Shown here: one piece after another, positions 50,197-61,918 of the stretch | Numbering within the stretch: position 1 is the first letter of the stretch | Layout of the letters: each line of letters opens with the position of its first letter | Assembly: GCA_010909165.1 (NCBI GenBank) | Contig: MU008164.1 | Coordinates: 1,550,001 to 1,614,000, forward strand | Source: Anthoceros angustus | Lineage: Eukaryota > Plantae > Anthocerotophyta | Direction: 5' to 3' | Length of the DNA stretch: 64,000 nucleotides | Program-made: the position numbers and the translations under genes | Notes under the pieces: generated by a model | Seen by the model: the letters and a program-made list of their open reading frames with translations, nothing else | Database searches by the model: none | Told to the model about the DNA's origin: nothing

Positions 50197-52448
50197 TTGG
50201 GCCCTGGCATCTTCAGGCAACGTCACGCCCTGCAGGACACCTGCCTGCTCACGCCTCTGTGCAGCAGTGTAGCCCAGCACTTCCACTTCCGGAGAAATGT
50301 GTGTGGGGACGGGCGATGGTCGTGCCAGGAGCAGGAGCACTTGTGGCAACAATTTTTTTTGGACCCTTCCATGTGGTGGGACAACAGACGAGATAAGAAA
50401 AGCTCCCGTTCGCCTGACTTCCGCCATAGGGGGTCCGGCGAGGTGCTGTGGTTAAACAGCTTGTCTAAGCCAGCTTGGGTTGATGAGCAGCTCGTCTCCT
50501 TGGATCTGGAGATGGGTGCAGGATCGGAAATGGGCGTTGCAACGGCTGGAACCGTGAGCATGTTATGTCAGCAGGGGAAGCTTTCTGAGGCCGTTGGAGC
50601 TCTTGAAACTCTGGCGCAGGCAGACTGTGCTATTTCTCAGTCCCTGTTTTACAGTGTACTGAAACTGTGTACAGCTAAGAAGGATTTGGTTATGGGGCGA
50701 CGAGTTCATGATCTCACTGCCAAGCTTCGGTACGAGTGGAGTGCATTCTTGGGGAACCATATCTTGCGCATGTATGCATGTGGAGGTAGCCTAGAGGAGG
50801 CCATGGATGTGTTCACCAGGGTGGCAAACCAGATGTCTTCATGTGGTTTTCCATAATCTCTGCACATGCTAAGCATGGGAAACCTAATGAGGCCATACAA
50901 CTGTACCATGAGATGCGTAGGTCAGGAGTGAAGGCGGATGCTCACGTCTTTGTAGCTGCCTTCAAGCTTGTGCATTTGCTGCCGACTTGGAATCTGGCAG
51001 AAAAGTGCATTGCGATGTGGTGCGGAGTGGCATTCCTACTAACTTGTTTGTTGGCAACTGCCTGGTGGACATGTATGCCAAATGTGGCGAACTGAAAGAT
51101 GCACGCCAGGTTTTTGACAGCTTGACCACAAAGGATGTGGTGACATGGACATCACTGATTGCTGGGTATGCACAATGTGGTGAACTGAAAGAAGCACGCC
51201 GGATTTTTGACAGCTTGAACACAAAGAATGTGGTGACATGGACTGCCCTGATAGCTGGGTATGCCCAGCAAGGGCTCGGGCAAGAGGCGCTTGTTCTGTA
51301 TGGACAAATGGAGGAGGAGGGCCTCATTTTGGCGGACGACGTCACATTTGCTTGCCTTCTAAACGCCTGTGCAAGTACTGGTGCTCTACAGAAGGGCAGG
51401 CAGCTGCACTCAAAGATAGTTGAAAGAGGACAGCTGGATCACATAGGGGTGGGCAACTCCCTGGTGGACATGTATGCAAAATGTGGTCAACTGGAAGATG
51501 CACGCCGGGTTTTTGACAGCATGAGCACAAAAGATGTGGTGACATGGAATGCGCTGATATCTGGGTATGGTACTTGTGATGAAGGTCAAAGGCACTAGCT
51601 TGTTTTGAGGAGATGTTAGTTGCTGTATTCAGCCTGATGGTGCTACTTTCACTTGCCTTCTAGCAGCATGCAGTCATGAGGGACTGGTTCACGAGGGTCG
51701 CAAGCACTTTGATTCCATGGCTGAGCAACATGGCCTCAAACCTACAATTGAGCATTACAATTGCATGATTGATCTTCTTGGGCGTGCAGGCCATTTAGAT
51801 GAGGCTGAGAACATGCTCTTATCATGCGAGACCCAAAATAATGTTGTGGGCTTGACGTCTTTGTTGAATGCCTGCAAAAGTCACGGGGATTTAGAGAGGG
51901 CGATGTGGTGTTTTGAAAGCATTATTAGGCTGGACCCTCAGTGGGCGTCTGCGTACGTGCTCATGGCCAATGCCTACGCAGATGCAGGTAGGTGGACCGA
52001 TGTAGACAGGATTGAAACACAGAGAATGGTAGCGGGAGCTAACAAGAAACCTGCAGTGGCAACCATTGAGGTGAACAAGCAGGTACATCGATTTCTGGTG
52101 GGAGAAAGGAGAGAGGATATAGCTCTTAAGGTAGAGAGCACGAATTCACGTGTGAAGCAGGAAGGAGGGCACGTGCCTCACAGAAAGTTGGTGTTGAAGC
52201 CAGTGTGTGAGAAGGAAAAGGAAGATGCGCTTTGTGGGCATGCTGAGAAGCTAGCTCTGGCGTTTGGTCTCTTGAACACTCCGAGTGGGACACCTCTGGT
52301 GGTAACTAAGAATCTGCGCATGTGCAGTGACTGCCACAGTTCGACGGAAATCATGTCAAGGCTTGAACAGAGAGACATTGTTGTAAGGGATGGATACCGT
52401 GTGCATCGATTCGCAGCTGGTTGTTGCAGTTGTAAGGGTCGTCCTTGA
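50197..52448 (+). CDS. PDF-motif + PLS-PPR + E + DYW:KP(GRP) protein, copy D (few frameshifts)
   Basis: QEHLWQQFFLDPSMWWDNRRDKKSSRSPDFRHRGSGEVLWL..PAWVDEQL, PLS repeats, KKPAVA, HAEKLA, CKGRP. Start codon uncertain. Confidence 0.78.
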
Positions 52449-53378
52449 CACTAATGAAGAAATAGCCAGTGCGATCTGCTTGGGTCACGGAGTCGAGTCG
52501 ACCATATGAGGCTGGTGTGATGGGGCAGCTGCGAGAACTACTATGAGATAGTATTGATAACACCGTGGATAATACGGAGAGTTTTACACTAAAAAAAACA
52601 TATACTATGAGGTAAAATGGCTTGTGATTGTGAGCTTTTATTCACTCGTGGATGCCTTGCTCATGCTTGAAGGCACTTTGTATTTCTTCGCTCATCTTCG
52701 AAGAGGTAGAGCATGTTTCGGTCAGGCCAGGAAGTTATGTTTAACATTCCAACTTAGCACCCAGTCCTTAGGTTTGATAGTCTTCTTGTATTGCTTATTG
52801 CTAGTTGCTTGTAATAGACCTCTTAGTTCCATATTATTGGACTGCTTGCAGACAGTTTCTAGGCTTGAGAGGTTTGAGAGGATCTTATCTCTAATGTGTG
52901 GTGGTGAGATAGATGTAAATGCGTTAAATGCCGTTGTAAATTCCCTAATCATGGTGTGTTTGCTGTTTGCTCTTGTGTGAATAGGAATGATATTTGGATA
53001 TAACCCCAATCAAAGTCTTAGGGATCTACGAATCCACGTAGTGTGAGCTGCTCTCCTATCAACAGCAAAACGGAGCAAGTTCTGATCCAGGCATATGCCC
53101 ACAAGTCCTCATTTCATTTGCGCCTTGAGTTAGAATGCTCTCTGTAATTTCTTTCCCATTCACACTCTTGGGCGAGCCTTTCAGCACGTCTTTGCAGACG
53201 CTGGCGATGTCTGAACCTACAGCAGCGCGCGGCAGGCAGGGAAGGATGTGCCGACTGTTGTAGAGGAAGTTTTGGTGACCTTGGGTCAGTTGTGGGGGCT
53301 TATTATCGTCTGCTGAAAATGTTGGGTGTCCCCAGCTGGTGTCTGCTGACCCCCCATTTTTCGACAGCAACATCCTCC

Positions 53379-53620
53379 CATGTCTACATGTCCCACTCGG
53401 GGTGTTCAAGAGGGACATGTAGACATGTTGAAAAGCTTGGGGTCATGGGAAAACTTGAAAAGCTTGGGCAACCAAGTCCCAAAGATGTTTGCCAAGTGCT
53501 GAGCTGCGGCGGGTTCAAGAGGGACATGTAGACATGTTGAAAAGCTTGGGGTCATGGGAAAACTTGAAAAGCTTGGGCAACCAAGTCCCAAATATGTTTG
53601 CCAAGTGCTGAGCTGCGGCG
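53379..53620. repeat. 16-bp perfect inverted repeat followed by a 2 x 109-bp tandem repeat
   Basis: catgtctacatgtccc / gggacatgtagacatg (53379-53427); unit starts at 53404 and 53513. Confidence 0.88.
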
Positions 53621-53697
53621 GCTGTGATCCGGCGCTATGCGGCCCACCAGCAACGGGCTCGTCTTGGGCAGTAGGTTGAGCTCATCGCTGCCTGGCC

Positions 53698-54460
53698 ATG
53701 GCTTCGGCAGCGACGCCTATCCTCCTGCTACGCCTTGCGCCTGCTGACTGCTCATCCTCTGCCTCTGCTGCCGTCCGGAGCAGTGTTAGGAGCCCAGCAC
53801 TTCCCTTCGAGAAAATGTGTGGTGGTGACGGGTTTCCCAGCCAGGATCCGGAGCAGGAGCACTTGTGGCAACAATTTTTCTGGACCCTACCATGTGGTGG
53901 GACAACAGACGAGATAAGACGAGCTCTTATTCGCCTGACTTCCGTGTAAGGGGTCCGGCGAGATGCTGTGGTTAAACAACATGTCTAAGCCAGCTTGGGT
54001 TGATGCGCAGCTCGTCTCCTTGGATATGCGGATGGGTGCGGATCGGAAATGGGCGTCGTAACGGCTGGAATGGTCAGAATGTCATTTCATTAAGGGAAGC
54101 TTTGAGGCCGTTGGAGCCCAGGAATCTTTGGCGCAGACAGACTCAATCTCTGTTTTACAGTGTGCTAAAACTGTGTACAGCTAAGAAGGATTTGGTTGTG
54201 GGGCGAGTTCATTATCTCACTGCCAAACTTGGGTATGAGTCCATTGCATACTTGGGGAACCATATCTTGCGCATGTATGCATGTGGAGGTAGCCTAGAGG
54301 AGGCAATGGACGTGTTCACCAGGGTGGGCAAACCAAATGTCTTCGTGTGGTTTTCCATAATCTCTGCACATGCTAAGGGAGACCTAAGGAGGCCATACAA
54401 CTGTACCATGAGGCGCAGGTCAGGAGTGAAGCCGAATGCTCTCTTTGTAGCTTTCCTTCA
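53698..54460 (+). pseudogene. Copy E: transit peptide + PDF + first PPRs, truncated
   Basis: Same sequence as copy F, cut at the 54457 junction. Confidence 0.75.
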
Positions 54461-55509
54461 CTCGTGGATGCCTTGCTCATGCTTGAAGGCACTTTGTATT
54501 TCTTCGCTCATCTTCGAAGAGGTAGAGCATGTTTCAGTCAGGCCAGGAAGTTATGTTTAACATTCCAACTTAGCACCCAGTCCTTAGGTTTGATAGTCTT
54601 CTTGTATTGCTTATTGCTAGTTGCTTGTAATAGACCTCTTAGTTCCATATTATTGGACTGCTTGCAGACAGTTTCTAGGCTTGAGAGGTTTGAGAGGATC
54701 TTATCTCTAATGTGTGGTGGTGAGATAGATGTAAATGCGTTAAATGCCGTTGTAAATTCCCTAATCATGGTGTGTTTGCTGTTTGCTCTTGTGTGAATAG
54801 GAATGATATTTGGATATAACCCCAATCAAAGTCTTAGGGATCTACGAATCCACGTAGTGTGAGCTGCTCTCCTATCAACAGCAAAACGGAGCAAGTTCTG
54901 ATCCAGGCATATGCCCACAAGTCCTCATTTCATTTGCGCCTTGAGTTAGAATGCTCTCTGTAATTTCTTTCCCATTCACACTCTTGGGCGAGCCTTTCAG
55001 CACGTCTTTGCAGACGCTGGCGATGTCTGAACCTACGCGCAGCGCGGCGGCAGGCAGGGAAGGATGTGCCGACTGTTGTAGAGGAAGTTTTGGTGACCTT
55101 GGGTCAGTTGTGGGGGCTTATTATCGTCTGCTGAAAATGTTGGGTGTCCCCAGCTGGTGTCTGCTGACCCCCCATTTTTCGACAGCAACATCCTCCCATG
55201 TCTACATGTCCCACTCGGGGTGTTCAAGAGGGACATGTAGACATGTTAACTTGGGTCATGGGAAAACTTGAAAGCTTGGGCAACCAAGTCCCAAAGATGT
55301 TTTAAGTGCTGAGCTGCAGGTTCAAGAGGACATGTAGACATGTTGAAAAGCTTGGGGTCATGGGAAAACTTGAAAGCTTGGGCAACCAAGTCCCAAATAT
55401 GTTTGCCAAGTGCTGAGCTGCGGCGGCTGTGATCCGGCGCTATGCGGCCCACCGGCTAGCAATTTGGCGCTCGTCTTGGGCAGTAGGTTGAGCTCATCGC
55501 TGCCTGGCC

Positions 55510-56835
55510 ATGGCTTCGGCAGCGCGACGCCTATCCTCCCTGCTACGCCTTGCGCCTGCTGACTGCTCATCCTCTGCCTCTGCTGCCGTCCGGAGCAGTG
55601 TTAGGAGCCCAGCACTTCCCCTTCCGAGAAAATGTGTGGGTGGTGACGGGTTTCCCAGCCAGGATCCGGAGCAGGAGCACTTGTGGCAACAATTTTTTCT
55701 GGACCCTACCATGTGGTGGGACAACAGACGAGATAAGACGAGCTCTTATTCGCCTGACTTCCGGTGTAAGGGGTCCGGCGAGATGCTGTGGTTAAACAAC
55801 ATGTCTAAGCCAGCTTGGGTTGATGCGCAGCTCGTCTCCTTGGATATGCGGATGGGTGCGGGATCGGAAATGGGCGTCGTAACGGCTGGAATGGTCAGAA
55901 TGTCATTTCATTAAGGGAAGCTTTCGGAGGCCGTTGGAGCCCAGGAATCTTTGGCGCAGACAGACTCAATCTCTGTTTTACAGTGTGCTAAAACTGTGTA
56001 CAGCTAAGAAGGATTTGGTTGTGGGGCGCCGAGTTCATTATCTCACTGCCAAACTTGGGTATGAGTCCATTGCATACTTGGGGAACCATATCTTGCGCAT
56101 GTATGCATGTGGAGGTAGCCTAGAGGAGGCAATGGACGTGTTCACCAGGGTGGGCAAACCAAATGTCTTCGTGTGGTTTTCCATAATCTCTGCACATGCT
56201 AAGCACGGGAGACCTAAGGAGGCCATACAACTGTACCATGAGGCGCAGGTCAGGAGTGAAGCCGAATGCTCACGTCTTTGTAGCTTTCCTTCAGGCTTGT
56301 GCATTTGCCACCGACTTGGAATCTGGCAGAAAAGTGCATTGCGATGTGGTGGAGAGTGGCATTCCTACTAACTTGTTTGTTGGCAACTGTCTGGTGGACA
56401 TGTATGCCAAATGTGGCGAACTGAAAGATGCACGCCAGGTTTTTGACGGCATAGCCACAAAGGATGTGGTAACATGGACGGTGCGGATTGCTGGGTATGC
56501 TAAATGCGGTGAATTGAAAGATGCACGCCAGGACTTTGACAGCCTGAACACAAAGAATGTGGTGACATGGACTGCCCTGATAGCTGGGTATGCCCAGCAA
56601 GGGCTCGGCAAGAGGCGCTTGTCCTGTATGAACGAATGGAGCTAGAGGGCTGATTCTGGCTAACCGTATTACTTTTGCGTGCCTTCTGAAGGCCTCTGCA
56701 AGCACTGGTTCCTTACAGAAGGGCAGGCAGCTTCACTCTGATTGTGGGAAGAGGAGTGCTGGAGGATGTAATGTTGGGAAACTCCTGGTGGACATGTATG
56801 GAAAATGTGGTGCACTGGAAGATGCACGCCAGGCT
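55510..56835 (+). pseudogene. Copy F: transit peptide + PDF motif ORF (134 aa, stop 55912-55914), then interrupted PPR repeats; no DYW
   Basis: MASAARRLSSLLRLA... then QEHLWQQFFLDPTMWWDNRRDKTSSYSPDFRCKGSGEMLWL; TAA replaces the CAG seen in copies A and D. Confidence 0.75.
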
Positions 56836-58290
56836 TGAGCTTGTAGCTGTGGCAGGGAGTGCCTGAGGTCTTGATGGTGGGGGCACAGCCTGATTCACTG
56901 TCCTCCAATAGTTTGCAGCTGCAATATTCGGGGTCACGTCAGTGGGGCCAGCCGTGGGTGGCTGGTGACAGCATTTGCTCGTATCGAGGCTGCAATGCCT
57001 CGTTGACTTTGGTCCGCAGTTGCTGTCGCCCAATGGTGCCTCTTCCCGGAAGCTCATTTCCAGCTCAATGTTGGGCCCCATGGGCAAAGCGTTTGTGGGT
57101 ACACTGGCTAATGTTGATGCTTGGAGCATCTCTCTACTGTGGTCTGCTGTTTTGATTCGCGGCAGCTGCGAGAACTACTATGAGATAGTATTGATAACAC
57201 CGTGGATAATACGGAGAGTTTTACACTAAAAAACATATACTATGAGGTAAAATGGCTTGTGATTGTGAGCTTTTATTCACTCGTGGATGCCTTGCTCATG
57301 CTTGAAGGCACTTTGTATTTCTTCGCTCATCTTCGAAGAGGTAGAGCATGTTTCGGCCAGGAAAGTGTTTAACATTCCAACTTAGCACCCAGTCCTTAGG
57401 TTTGATAGTCTTCTTGTATTGCTTATTGCTAGTTGCTTGTAATAGACCTCTTAGTTCCATATTATTGGACTGCTTGCAGACAGTTTCTAGGCTTGAGAGG
57501 TTTGAGAGGATCTTATCTCTAATGTGTGGTGGAGATAGATGTAAATGCGTTAAATGCCGTTGTAAATTCCTAATCATGGTGTGTTTTGCTGTTTGCTCTT
57601 GTGTGAATAGGAATGATATTTGGATATAACCCCAATCAAAGTCTTAGGGATCTACGAATCCACGTAGTGTGAGCTGCCTCCTATCAACAGCAAAACGGAG
57701 CAAGTTCTGATCCAGGCATATGCCCACAAGTCCTCATTTCATTTGCGCCTTGAGTTAGAATGCTCTGTAATTTCTTTCCCATTCACACTCTTGGGCGAGC
57801 CTTTCAGCACGTCTTTGCAGACGCTGGCGATGTCTGAACCTACGCGCGCGCGGCGGCAGGGGGAAGGATGTGCCGACTGTTGTAGAGGAAGACCTTGGTG
57901 ACCTTGTGGGGCTTATTATCGTCTGCTGTTGGGTGTCCCCAGCTGGTGTCTGCTGACCCCCATTTTCGACAGCAACATCCTCCCATGTCTACATGTCCCA
58001 CTGGGGTGTTCAAGAGGACATGTAGACTTGGGGTCATGGGAAAACTTGAAAGCTTGGGCAACCAAGTCCCAAAGATGTTTGCCAAGTGCTGAGCGGCGGG
58101 TTCAAGAGGACATGTAGACATGTTGAAAAGCTTGGGGTCATGGGAAAACTTGAAAAGCTTGGGCAACCAAGTCCCAAATATGTTTGCCAAGTGCTGAGCT
58201 GCGGCGGCTGTGATCCGGCGCTATGCGGCCCACCGGCTAGCAATTTGGCGCTCGTCTTGGGCAGTAGGTTGAGCTCATCGCTGCCTGGCC

Positions 58291-59595
58291 ATGGCTTCGG
58301 CAGCGCGACGCCTATCCTCCCTGCTACGCCTTGCGCCTGCTGACTGCTCATCCTCTGCCTCTGCTGTCCGGAGCAGTGTTAGGAGCCCAGCACTTCCCTT
58401 CCGAGAAAATGTGTGGTGACGGGCCCAGCCAGGATCCGGAGCAGGAGCACTTGTGGCAACAATTTTTCTGGACCCTACCATGTGGTGGGACAACAGACGA
58501 GATAAGACGAGCTCTTATTCGCCTGACTTCCGGTGTAAGGGTCCGGCGAGATGCTGTGGTTAAACAACATGTCTAAGCCAGCTTGATGATGCAGCTCGTC
58601 TCCTTGGATATGCGGATGGGTGCGGATCGGAAATGGGCGTCGTAACGGCTGGAATGGTCAGAATGTCATTTCATTAAGGGAAGCTGGAGGCCGTTGGAGC
58701 CCAGGAATCTTTGGCGCAGACAGACTCAATCTCTGTTTTACAGTGTGCTAAAACTGTGTACAGCTAAGAAGGATTTGGTTGTGGGGCGCCGAGTTCATTA
58801 TCTCACTGCCAAACTTGGGTATGAGTCCATTGCATACTTGGGGAACCATATCTTGCGCATGTATGCATGTGGAGGTAGCCTAGAGGAGGCAATGGACGTG
58901 TTCACCAGGGTGGGCAAACCAAATGTCTTCGTGTGGTTTTCCATAATCTCTGCACATGCTAAGCACGGAGACCTAAGGAGGCCATACAACTGTACCATGA
59001 GGCGCAGGTCAGGAGTGAAGCCGAATGCTCACGTCTTTGTAGCTTTCTTCAGGCTTGCATTTGCCACCGACTTGGAATCTGGCAGAAAAGTGCATTGCGA
59101 TGTGGTGGAGAGTGGCATTCCTACTAACTTGTTTGTTGGCAACTGTCTGGTGGACATGTATGCCAAATGTGGCGAACTGAAAGATGCACGCCAGGTTTTT
59201 GACGGCATAGCCACAAAGGATGTGGTAACATGGACGGTGCGGATTGCTGGGTATGCTAAATGCGGTGAATTGAAAGATGCACGCCAGGACTTTGACAGCC
59301 TGAACACAAAGAATGTGGTGACATGGACTGCCCTGATAGCTGGGTATGCCCAGCAAGGGCTCGGGCAAGAGGCGCTTGTCCTGTATGAACGAATGGAGCT
59401 AGAGGGCTGATTCTGGCTAACCGTATTACTTTTGCGTGCCTTCTGAAGGCCTCTGCAAGCACTGGTTCCTTACAGAAGGGCAGGCAGCTTCACTCACAGA
59501 TTGTGGGAAGAGGAGTGCTGGAGGATGTAATGTTGGGAAACTCCCTGGTGGACATGTATGGAAAATGTGGTGCACTGGAAGATGCACGCCAGGCT
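58291..59595 (+). pseudogene. Copy G: as copy F, no DYW domain
   Basis: Near-identical to 55510-56835, with the same TAA. Confidence 0.75.
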
Positions 59596-60699
59596 TGAGC
59601 TTGTAGCTGTGGCAGGGAGTGCCCGAGGTCTTGATGGTGGGGGCACAGCCTGATTCACTGTCCTCCAATAGTTTGCAGCTGCAATATTCGGGGTCACGTC
59701 AGTGGGGCCAGCCGTGGGTGGCTGGTGACAGCATTTGCTCGTATCGAGGCTGCAATGCCTCGTTGACTTTGGTCCGCAAGTTGCTGTCGCCCAATGGTGC
59801 CTCTTCCCCGGAAGCTCATTTCCAGCTCAATGTTGGGCCCCATGGGCAAAGCGTTTGTGGGTACACTGGCTAATGTTGATGCTTGGAGCATCTCTCTACT
59901 GTGGTCTGCTGTTTTGATTCGCGGCAGCTGGTTCTGAGCATTCTTTCTGGAACGCAGTTGATCACCTGAGAAAAGACGTGGAGGATGATTTCTCTTTGGT
60001 GGCCGGCCCTCTGATTACAGTGGCAGCTCTTACATTTAGCCTGCTCAAGCCAGGTCTAACTCAGCCTTGCTTAGGCTAAGTGAACTATGGCAGGTGTCAG
60101 GGCCAGGTCTAACATCCAGCCTTGCTCAGGCCAAGTGAACTGTGAACGTTCGGTTTGCACCGATGGTTTGTGACACGTATCAAGGACAAGTAACAAGAGT
60201 CACGCACGATCACTTCGTGAAGAAATGGTGCAAACGGGATTCCATCCTCGGCAGCGATCTCCCAGAGGACCATGCCCATTGCAGTAAGCCATGGATGGTT
60301 TATGGAGGACCTTTGGGGCCCTTCTCTTCTTCCAGTTAACAGGAATAAAGACGTAAAGACAGTGTAGTCCAGGAGTTGCAGTTCTCATACAACCGTTGGT
60401 GGGAAGCTGAGGGGGACTTTGTACAGCGTACTCCAGCTGCGATGTATATTTTTCAAGAACACACACGGATTGCGTACATCTGAAAACGAAATTGTTCTCC
60501 ACAATCACGAAACCATCCAGACACTGCTACTACTGGGATAAATGTTTCTTTTTCCAAGAGAGGCTACGCTTCAGCAGAGTTGCCGCCAAGCATAAAATAT
60601 CGACCTGGTTACACGACCTGGTCAAACACCCTCAGGATTTGTCAACCAATTTTGGCATGGGGAACCTGGTTAACTTAGATGTGCTGGATTGCTGATGCA

Positions 60700-60990
60700 T
60701 ACATCCAAGCTTGCTCTATCTCAAATGTTTCGGATAAGGTGGCACCTTTTGACCAGCTGTAGATTACATCCATCAGACTTGAACCAAGTGACTCGGCATT
60801 CTGCTCCACATCTATGCTTAATATGATACATGAGCTCATTTTTCACACGGGCTTGCCCACTTGATTTCTCCAAAGGTGCGTGCCAAGATAGGACTCCACA
60901 TCCTTCTCAGGCTTGTATAGCGAAAGAGCCACCAGCTTCTCTTCTTCAGCCAAAATCGTGAACTAGCTCCTGGAAGTTTTCGTCATCATG
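60700..60990 (-). pseudogene. Fragment of HEN2/MTR4-type Ski2-like RNA helicase C-terminal (DSHCT) domain
   Basis: Minus-strand translation of 60821-60721: LSIDVEQNAESLGSSLMDVIYSWSKGATLSETFE. LMDVIYSWSKGA is characteristic of the family; flanked by stops. Confidence 0.7.
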
Positions 60991-61279
60991 TACGCCCCAG
61001 ACCATCTGGGATTTGTCTTTCTATCTCCTTAGCCTTCAGCACACTCTTCCGCCTGGGGGCCTCAGATCCCAAGGGACAGGCTGCAGCAACTCTCAAAGAA
61101 CTGAATTCACATAAGATAATTCATCTGAACGTGTACGCATGCATCTCTCCTCTCTCCCGGCGCCCTTTAAACGTCTGAAGAGCCTTAATAATAACGTCCA
61201 TTAACTTGTGTTCGAAACGCTTTGAGATTTAGTTAAATTTTAACTCTGTAACTTTAGATCTTAAAAATAGAACTAATTT

Positions 61280-61468
61280 AAAGAAGAAGTTGAAGAATTT
61301 TATTTAACTCCACTAAGGACGGATTTCCGTCATGGGACTTGGTACTTAATAACTTGTACCATGATGTACCTAAGCTAATTGCACCAAGGGCATCCACTCC
61401 CTTTAGGCACCCCATCTGAGTACCGATCTAAGCTCAGGATGCTTAATCACGGTGTTCTTATAAATGTG
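61280..61468 (-). mobile_element. Dispersed repeat copy (probable SINE/LINE 3' end)
   Basis: Highly similar to 34900-35090. Confidence 0.65.
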
Positions 61469-61608
61469 AACTTGATATTCAGGTTAAAATAGATTATCTC
61501 TGCTGGTAAAGTAAATAGTAGTTGTATTGAATCTTCCATAAATAACAATAATAAGTCTCACTATGTGTAGTTAAGCGTAAGATCCTCAGTTCAAACATAC
61601 ATACAACC

Positions 61609-61738
61609 TTCTAGAAAGTGATGGAGATTCCCCAGTGACCGCGCTTCTCGCACCTTCCCGACACGTTGCGAACACTGGGGAGGTTCTGGAGATTTCCATG
61701 GAGTCGCTTCTCGTGCAATTTCATAGGGCCCTATAAAT
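61609..61738 (+). promoter_or_regulatory. Heat-shock-element-like motifs and TATA box of the BAG gene
   Basis: TTCtaGAA 61609-61616, TTCtgGAGatTTC 61684-61696, TATAAAT 61732-61738. Confidence 0.65.
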
Positions 61739-61918
61739 TGGCACATCACGCACTCCAACTGCTATTCTGACAACAGCTTGTGAGCTAACTTGAAGGTTGT
61801 GTTTCTTTCTGCGGTCTGCATTCCCCTCGGCTGCTTAGCGTCTTGGTCTTCGGTGTGGTTTGGAGCTGGTAGCCTCGTGAGTGCGGCAAAGCTGGCGGGA
61901 CTTTTTGGAGGCAGAGGC

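Larger units (their letters stand above)
52523..59930. repeat. Three tandem units (52523-54460 truncated, 54457-57170, 57160-59930), each an AT-rich spacer + hairpin/109-bp repeat + truncated PDF-PPR gene
   Basis: Colinear near-identity; junction microhomologies ttca and ggcagctg. Confidence 0.9.

Noticed and set aside
55912-55914. TAA repaired by U-to-C editing
   Set aside because: Such editing is organellar, this is nuclear DNA, and further frameshifts plus the missing DYW domain remain downstream.
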